Part shown: positions 52,389-64,000 of the stretch, in pieces
Numbering within the stretch: position 1 is the stretch's first letter
How the letters are laid out: each line of letters opens with the position of its first letter
Assembly: GCA_049724395.1 (NCBI GenBank)
Contig: JAUGWO010000091.1
Coordinates: forward strand, 62,001-126,000
Source: Spongospora subterranea f. sp. subterranea
Lineage: Eukaryota
Length of the DNA stretch: 64,000 bases
Direction: 5' to 3'
Program-made: the position numbers and the translations under genes
The notes under the pieces: model-generated
Seen by the model: only the letters and a program-made list of their open reading frames with translations
What the model was told of the DNA's origin: nothing
Databases searched by the model: none

Positions 52389-54981
52389 CGTCTACAGGAG
52401 CGGCTCGCATTGTTCGTATTCCTGTCAGGGCATCAGTATGACTTGAGCAGAACAAAGTCGTCAGGAGGTCGTCGATCTTACATCCACCCGGCTCTGCACA
52501 ATGAAAATGATAACTGAACGAAAACGGGCAATTTCGACTCAGTTTGGGTTGAAATCAGGCCGTTCAACCTAAAACACACTGACAATTTCCGGCAATTTAC
52601 AATGGCGCAACGCAGAATAGCGCCTTTTTTCTTGCAAATACAACACGCCTAAAAACAAATACGGGTTCACAATCAGGAACGGCCCGTTAATTTCGTCGCT
52701 GGACCTACTCGGTTTCTGACTCTGTTGAGACTATGGCGACTAATGAGTGCAGCTCGGGCATGTGGTCGAGATAATGCTGTACAGACTCGATGGCCGACCT
52801 CGTTGGCACCAAACGAATCGTGGAACGAGAATGTGACGAAGTCGACGGCCTGGGCGGCGGCTGATGGCGACCCGTGATATATCGGGCGATCGGAAAGGAG
52901 GGATAGGATCGTAGATGAGGGAGTTGTGCAAAGACAGCACTGTGGAGACAATCGATCATCCTGAAATGAGGACCGATTCCGATAAGAATCACGATCAGCA
53001 TAAATAATTACATCGAGAATGGTTTTACAGTAGGATATGTTGAAATGGGATCGCCATCTAGAACTGGATTATTGATTTGGGTCCCAGTTGCTGGTCGTTG
53101 ACTGATCAGACGATCATAGATTTCATTGATGGCTTCTACCCGCATATACCGGTCGATCGCTCTGGAAATGTCGTCTGGATGAACGGGCCATCCAAAGTCC
53201 ATGTTTAGCTAACCGTCAGGAATGCGTGCGCCACGTTGGCAAAACCCACGGCAGTCAACCATCTCCTGACACTCCCTTCATGAAACCAATTTGCACATTA
53301 TTCCGATTCGTCGTCGATGATGGGATATAGATTCGACTGAAACAAATATTTATTTTATTGTTCTTTGGGGAAGTGGTGATTCAGGACAGCGAGGAGAAAA
53401 TGGCGATGACGCTCTGGTACCGCCTTGGAACTGCTGCCAGACAACATTCAGACCGACGCTTGATTGTGAGAAAGGATCGATTGGATCGGACTCCGAAGGG
53501 CTTTGACGGCAATGATCATTGTGAAAAACCAACGGCGTCCTTGAAAGTTCTTCATACGAGCGCTGCGGCGCCGCGGGCATGGTTTTCCAGGCGCCATTAT
53601 AGGCTCCATGCGGCCCCATACCGTATTCTTGCGATCTTGGAAGATGCGACTCATGTTTGTTGCCATTCAAATATCGATATACGCCAGGTTTTCTTCGGCA
53701 ACATGTGCGCCTTCTTCCTGTGGTTTTTAGTGACAGACCTGCGACATATGCCACAGTTCCTCGACTGAAATTTACGAATTAGATTGAATAGTTTCGCAAT
53801 AACAAATGAGGCAAACCTTTTCGCTTTCGGATTATATCTGGTGCATCTTTTAGAGGGATACTCGGCATTACAGTTGGGTGCAGGCACGCCCTGGATAATT
53901 GTGCAGACCGGCTGCGTTTTATTAGAACCCGGTGGAATCTGAAGGCATTCCATGGCTGAGTGGCAACCCAGCCAATAGATATATTTGCAGACTTGTGCAA
54001 AAAAACACACGTACACAGCGACGGATCGCTCGACTAATGACCCGTTTGATCAATGAGAACGATTGCCTGCAATTAGCAACCGAGACCCTGGTGTAGAAGA
54101 AAGAGTCCCTATAGCCAAACGATATTCCCCAGCTTACGATATATCAATCAATGTGTTCCGACCTGGTGAATGTTCTGGATTCTTCCCCCTTTACTACAGT
54201 GATCGCGATCACACTGATCGTATAAATGAATTGATGGGCTGTGCCAGTACACGCAGGGTACGGAGCCCACTTAAGACAGTGACTCAGGAGAGGAGGCCGA
54301 TCATCCCTACCACTGCCCATCACACAGTGACACACTATCTACACCCCGTCACCACTCACACTGGACCTGACGCGCGCGCGTCTAACTACAGCGCGTGACC
54401 TATCCCGACCCGCGCCTTCACCCGCACTCAACGAACCATCATCATTTGGTCAAAGATTTCATATGAGTTTGCTTTCGACAGAACGTCGCAACTGAAATAA
54501 TTAAGAAACTTCTGGTCGCATTTGAAATAATCAACGAAACTTCTGTACAAGGCAGAAATCAATTGTACCAAACTAGCACGTTGCCGTTCCAAGGCCAGAT
54601 TGTTCAAGAAACAATAAACTGAAATGAAATTTTGTCTGTGACTTGGTAGTTCTATAAACTGGTGATATCAGCAGAGGGGTATTTCTGGGATTCCCGACGA
54701 CACCATTCTGTCGTCACGGACCAGCCCCGGATTATATTGCGCCAGAGAACGGACACGAGTCGCGATCAAAGTGCCCGACCGTATATAGTGGCCGTTGGCT
54801 GACCCGAAGAATAACAATCGCGTCGCCACCCAGATAACAAAACAGATCTGTAGAGAGGCGCATGCGTCCAAGGACAACGATGGTTGATGATCGGTATTAT
54901 CTGGGAGTTTATTACCCCGTCCAAATCGGGTTTCCGTGGCGTATACATTGACTATATATTTCTATCATTAGAACTGCACTT

Positions 54982-55373
54982 ATGGGTCAACGCAACAAGC
55001 GAAATCTTGCCTTTCGGCAGCAGGAGGAGCAGAAAGCGCATGATCTAGAAAATGAGAATGACGAGTTGGTCGGCAACCTCAATCTGAAACTTGATCAGCT
55101 TAAACATGTCACCGTTGAGCTGGGTCGTGAGACTCGTGAACAAAATCAGATGCTTGAGGGCTTGGTAATCGGGTAAATTCGAGATCAGGAATATTCTGCT
55201 GAACACGTTTATAGAATTCATCAATGTCCGATGCATCCAGTTTGCTATCGTCGACCGTAAAAAAGTTGGGCGATATGGTTAGCAAAACCAGTAATCGCCA
55301 CTTGTGGTATCTGGCGCTATTTATCCTATTCGTATTTCTCGTCATCTATTTCTCAATCCGATCATCTATATAA
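54982..55373 (+). CDS. BET1: BET1-like Qc-SNARE (2 exons)
   Basis: LENENDELVGNLNLKLDQLKHVTVELGRETREQNQML SNARE heptads and C-terminal TM segment HLWYLALFILFVFLVIYF. Confidence 0.85.
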
Positions 55374-56190
55374 ACGAATATTTTTTTATTTCTTACAATC
55401 TGGGCCGATTCTGAGGATCGATCCCGCTGGTTTTTACTCATATAGGGATAAACTCACCATCGGCAAAGCAGTCGCTATGTTCAAGTTCCAAGTTCTGTTA
55501 TCCCCTTACTGCGTTTTCATTCAAGTTTTTGGCTAGCTGGTTGATTTGGGTAATTGGTCAGGATTCATCTCTGGAGATAGAACATCAGTCCTCGGCGGGG
55601 GCCACAACGGCGGTTTTCGATTGATGGCAGATTTTGAAATTCTTTGCTGCCTGATGTTTAGACATTTGTGATACAATATCACTTAATGTTTTCCAACATG
55701 GGGATAGTTCCTACATTGTATGTGGAAATCGTGGATATATGCGATCGGGAAATCCTATTAAAAGTTGGAAAGAAGGATTCAAACAGCGGATTAAGAAACC
55801 GGCAGATGGTAAAGAGGTTTCAATGGAATGTGGCCCACGTTCGTTTCTCTTCGACAGGGTCATTGGAATGAATTACGGACGCACAGGACGACGGATGATG
55901 CTCCAATCTGTCCCCAATCAGTCGATTCGCCATTTGCGAAGATAAAAAGGCATCCATTTCAGCCGAGGTCCACTGTCGGGCTCCACCGAGACCAATTAAT
56001 GACATACTGATCCACTCTCAGTTCTAAATACCATTAGTCCCGACCAGACCATCCAAAACCGAACCGAAACCTGTATCATGCACACAATGATACGACAATT
56101 TTAAACAAAAATCAGCGTTTATTGTGAACTGAGAGCGCTGTCACTCTCCGAACCTGATCGCGAACGATTCGTAGTTTGACCTCCGCCAAT

Positions 56191-56698
56191 TCAGCCCTTT
56201 TCTGAAGGGTTAGTGTGGCCGCGTCGCCCGGGGTTTTGATATGAGTTTTCCTTCAGCGATAGGGATCGGATCTCGTTGATAATAGAGTCTCGTAATGAAG
56301 CAGTATCACAGCTGAACCTGATCCTCTCCTGTAAATTGAGGGTCGTTTAGCGAATTGCAGAATCACTGAGCGGTCCTATTACCTCGTTCAGAATCGAACG
56401 AAGCTTGGACGCATCCTGAATTTCAAAATTTGTCTCAATTCAGCAGTCCACAGAATAAACATGAAAAACGCACAATTTGACAACACCCCTCATGTTGAAC
56501 ATGGTGTAGTTCTTCGCTGATCGTTTGAATGGCCGAGTTTACTTTCGAGGACATATCATCGAGTTCATGGATAAATTGAGCTTGATTCTTGTTTATGAGA
56601 GCCTCGACGACGGCAAAATGCTGATCTATTGATTGAAACTGCGATTGTAGCAGCTGAGCGTTGAGCTCCATTCGAGCAGAAGATAAACCACAGCCCAT
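56191..56698 (-). CDS. Small coiled-coil protein with N-terminal MGCGLS dual-acylation motif
   Basis: ORF beginning MGCGLSSARMELNAQLL with a helical heptad pattern. The downstream exons include a probable 11-bp micro-exon. The 3' end is uncertain. Confidence 0.5.
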
Positions 56699-56787
56699 GG
56701 CAACGATCGATAATGTGGTTCGACAGGTACGGATAATCAAAACGGATGTTTTATCACAGACATTGAGATATAAATATGAAGAATTCA

Positions 56788-57624
56788 TCATGGACTAATC
56801 AGAGTTAGACGATGAATTGCAACGCGTTCTGGTTCTAATCCCAGCCGATCATAGTCGCAAACTATTTCTTCAATATTGAAACCAGCGTCGCTGGCAGTTG
56901 CGAAAAACATACAGGAAAACGGCCGATCAGCAAATGCCTATGGTTGTCATGAATTCAACACGATGCGCAACGCAACGTGCAATATGTAGCCTACATTATA
57001 ATAGATTGCCTTCGGATTTCGTTTGAACAGATATATCAATGTGTCAACAAGATCCTGATGATATTGCTCATCATAGATAATCTCAGACCCGATGATGATA
57101 TCAAACGGGGGGAGGTTTTCACAGTGCGATTGGACACCCCACAGTAATGGAACTGCTTCGATGTCAGAATCACGAAGACATCGCTGCAGGTTTTCAAATG
57201 ACTCGGGATGCTCACTGGACGTGACGTCAGCGCCCAGCTTCCTGAAAATTACGCTCTGCCAAGGAACATCAATCAATGTAGTTTCGGGATGTCCTATCGT
57301 GTCTGGTTTACCAGCTGCCCAAGGCCGCTTCCCAGTTCAAGAACGCGTTTCCCAGGCAGAATGTTCGCCTGATGTTCGACGAAGTATTTTGTGAGCATGG
57401 TGCCAACAGTCCAAACCAGGCCATCTGGTGTCTCGGTAAACTCTCGAGTAAAACCATCCATTGTTCAGAAATGTGATACAATTTGGCCAGGTGAAACCTA
57501 ATGGCCGGCTTGACCGTGAAGTTGTGCTGTCAGGAAGAAGTTGTACCGGACCGAGGGGCCCCGCTCACAAACTGCGCGCAATTTCCCCGCCCAGTCCAAC
57601 ATCTCTCGAGTCTAAAAACGACAT
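56788..57624 (-). CDS. METTL21/EEF1AKMT-family (Methyltransf_16) protein-lysine methyltransferase
   Basis: GLVWTVGTML, GKRVLELGSGLG (SAM motif I), LLWG and FDIIIGSEIIY. The start is at 57624 or 57461. Confidence 0.85.
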
Positions 57625-58241
57625 TTCAACGACAAAAGTATCGACAAAGGGACACAGCCTTGCATAGAGGCAAGCTGTATCGGGGGTAGATGGTGATTAA
57701 TGTCGCAGTCTTGCGTTTTTTCTTAAACAGGTTCATATCCAGTAAACCATTAATGGGAATGATTAGTGACATTGTCATTACCCGTGCACCGATGAACGAT
57801 TACGGTCCCAAATTGGTTAATAGTGAAATACCACGATCACTTGGACCTAAGGTTCTTTTCTCAAGTAGTTTTGAGTAAATGGTTTTACGCGTTGACCAAA
57901 AAATACACCATTGCTTTTCAATAAATTTATTACTGAGGCGTTGAGCGAAATAACGTTGTGGATCAGGCCATATGTTAAGATAAACTACCATCACGAGAAT
58001 CATCGCCTCAATTTGAGTTGCCTCGTAATTTGACAGAATACGGCCTACCCTCTGACTCAAACCTGCCGAAATTAGTAAAGTGATTTGTGTCTGGCTGGTG
58101 TCTTTAGCAAATTGATCACTTCAACGTTGATATACAGCTCATCCTATCTAGACAATAATTGCAGACAGTAACGCTAACTCCAGTTAGCAACGTTATTTTA
58201 CCGGCTAAGATGACGTTTCGTCATTTGTTAACGACCAATTG

Positions 58242-58367
58242 TTAAGCGGCGTAATCGATATTTGGTCAAATCACAAAGGACCTATCATTAAGCGGCGTAA
58301 TCGATATTTGGTCAACTCACAAAGGACCTATCATTAAGCAGTGTAATCGACATTTGGTCAAATCACA
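58242..58367. repeat. 46-bp minisatellite (~2.7 copies)
   Basis: ttaagcggcgtaatcgatatttggtcaaatcacaaaggacctatca starting at 58242, 58288 and 58334 (partial). Confidence 0.95.
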
Positions 58368-58407
58368 ATTTTTCTGACGGACATTTTCATCTATTGCTGA
58401 TTCACTG

Positions 58408-61934
<3,527 letters not shown>

Positions 61935-62234
61935 CCAAGATTCACAGATCCTTTATCCACTAGTCCGACCCTTATATTTAATAAACCGCATGGAGCAAGG
62001 TTCAGATTTTATCGCATCTGTTTTGAATATCAGCAGCCCCAGTTTTGGCGCCGTATTCAAATGTGGTCTGTGACTGTATCTGGTTTGGTCAAGGTATCCG
62101 GTCCGCCATGACTCGCCGAGGTAACATTGGTGACGCCCAGCAACAAGGTCCAGCGTTATCCACCATCAGTGAGTAATGGGGTTCTCATCATAACGGCTGC
62201 GGTGTCCTATACAGAGAGCGGTCATCGGTGACCG

Positions 62235-64000
62235 ATGAGCATTGAAGGCGGCCGTCCTGTTCCACCTCAGCCCGCCGTACTCCGCCGATAATGTTCTTGT
62301 TGCCGTTCGGGTGCGATCCGACATCGCAACGGACTCTATCATCGACGTTTCTGGAAACAATTTAGTACTTCACCCTCCCAGAATCAGGTTTGCTGATATG
62401 ATAATACAAAATGTTGCTTTTTATCGATTGCTTAGACCAGGCGAGACGCCATGTAAATTTTCTTTCGATCGATGTTATTCTGCTTCGGACGCAGACGGGA
62501 ATCCGCACACACAGCAGGGAATATTCGATGATCTAGGCCAAAATGTTCTTGACAACGCGTTTAAAGTCAGTATATTCTATCAGTCATGTTCGTTCATAGG
62601 TATTTCGAACAGTTTTTTCTGATATCTATGTAGGGGTACAATGTCACACTTCTGGCTTACGGGCAGGTTCGTCCAATATTGTATGCACTCGACCCAATGA
62701 GGTATGTGATTATTGTTTAGACCGGATCAGGAAAATCGTACTGCATGATGGGCAGCCGGTCAGATCCTGGACTAATTCCTCGTATTTCGAAAGACCTGTT
62801 CTCCAGAATCCTTATCAACACCATGGAAGATCACAGGGCTAACTTTTACTTGCGAAGCCTCGTATTTTGAAATTTACAATGAAAAAGTCAGAGACTTGTG
62901 AGTAAATGGATTTGATTGTGAGAAAACGACTTACCTGTCCCGCTGTCAGGTTAGATCCAAGCAAAATGGAAGGCCAAAACACTACTGGTTTGCTTGTTCG
63001 TGAACATCCTAAGCATGGCCCTTACGTAGAAGATTTGAGCATTATACCAGTAATTCAGGTTAAATTAATCAAGAATCAATTTTTGATCAGTCGATTTAGG
63101 TCCAGTCCTACGAGGATATTGACAACCTGCTAAGACAAGGCAATACTGGTAGAACGGTGGCAGCAACGAGGATGAACGCCGAATCGTCTAGGTCTCATGC
63201 AATATGTAACTTGCTATACAGTCCATTCAAAATTTTTACCCTAACCGATGGTTCTAGTTACAATAATACTGAAACAAAACTTGAACGATAAAAGCACAGG
63301 CTCTGTAAAAGAGAAGATATCGCGCGTTCATTTAGTGGATTTGGCAGGAAGCGAACGCCAAACGAAGACAAAAGCCCATGGTTCACGTCTAAAAGAAGCT
63401 TCAGGTTGCAGCGCTTTTGATTGTTGGCTTGTTTTGACACTCATACGAGTTCGCAGAAATCAATAAGTCCTTAGTAACCCTTGGCCGAGTAATATCTGCT
63501 TTATCGGAAGCGGGACCAATTCGTCGCAATCAAAATTCCTCCCCTCGACAAAACAGCCACATTCCTTTTAGAGATTCTACGTTGACATGGCTTCTGAAGA
63601 ATAGCTTTGGTATTAATGGTAATGCAAGGACAATGCTTCTTTGTACAATAAGTCCACGATCTTCTGATTACGAAGAAACATTGGGGTCTTTGCGTTACGC
63701 AGCCAGAGCAAAACGAATTATTACAACGGCTGTCTGCAACGAAGACGCCAACACCAAACTGATCGATTGTTTGAAAAATGAGATTAAAGGTCAGGAAAAA
63801 GTTGTCAGATACAGATAGGCTGTTTACTATTTGTCCTGACCAATCAGAGTTAAACGCAAGGCTTGGATCTGCAGAAAAAACGAGCTCACAAGAAATCAAT
63901 CAGTTGGCAAGCGAACTCGATCATACTCAGAAGTTGATCAGCACGTTAAATATGTCTTGGGAAGATAAGGTTAAACAAGCAGAAAGTATACGGGTTTATC
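62235..64000 (+). CDS. Kinesin-3-like motor protein (KIF1/13/16 group), 5' part; +1 frameshifts at ~62272 and ~62836-62847
   Basis: [78 protein letters not shown] and [14 protein letters not shown]. Confidence 0.9.

Noticed and set aside
50705..54016. Scattered 60-135-aa ORFs as possible retroelement or transposon remnants
   Set aside because: No RT, integrase or transposase motif could be recognised with confidence.
55400..56005. Possible small minus-strand gene between BET1 and the MGCG protein
   Set aside because: The ATG ORF is only 61 aa and no consistent splice path or homology is evident.

Overview
Compact, intron-rich eukaryotic nuclear DNA with many ~45-65 bp GT-AG introns and weak donor consensus. 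It comes from a flagellated protist: BBS5 is present, and the architecture is consistent with a phytomyxid rhizarian such as Spongospora, which is an inference only. Recognisable genes: BEACH/neurobeachin-like (partial), COG6, GTPBP1/2, RBM34/Nop12, PP2A-A, an intronless F-box/kelch gene, DENND4-like, mitoribosomal mS45-like, an ARM-TPR protein, a WD40 protein, Rab1, a small ER membrane protein, BBS5, intronless alpha-tubulin, ISCU, a ligase-like/P-loop kinase fusion, BET1, a dually acylated MGCG protein, a METTL21-like methyltransferase, a HELQ-like helicase and a kinesin-3 (partial). There are also tRNA-Gln(TTG) and tRNA-Arg(ACG). The gene blocks are separated by gene-poor tracts holding decayed ORFs, minisatellites and a ~1.4 kb foldback palindrome. 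At least seven conserved genes carry 1-2 nt frameshifts, most likely assembly errors. The most interesting candidates are an apparently catalytically dead RNA-ligase-fold domain fused to an intact polynucleotide kinase, the foldback element, and an ACAGT/ACTGT-rich promoter signature. Gene models were assembled by eye, so boundaries are approximate.
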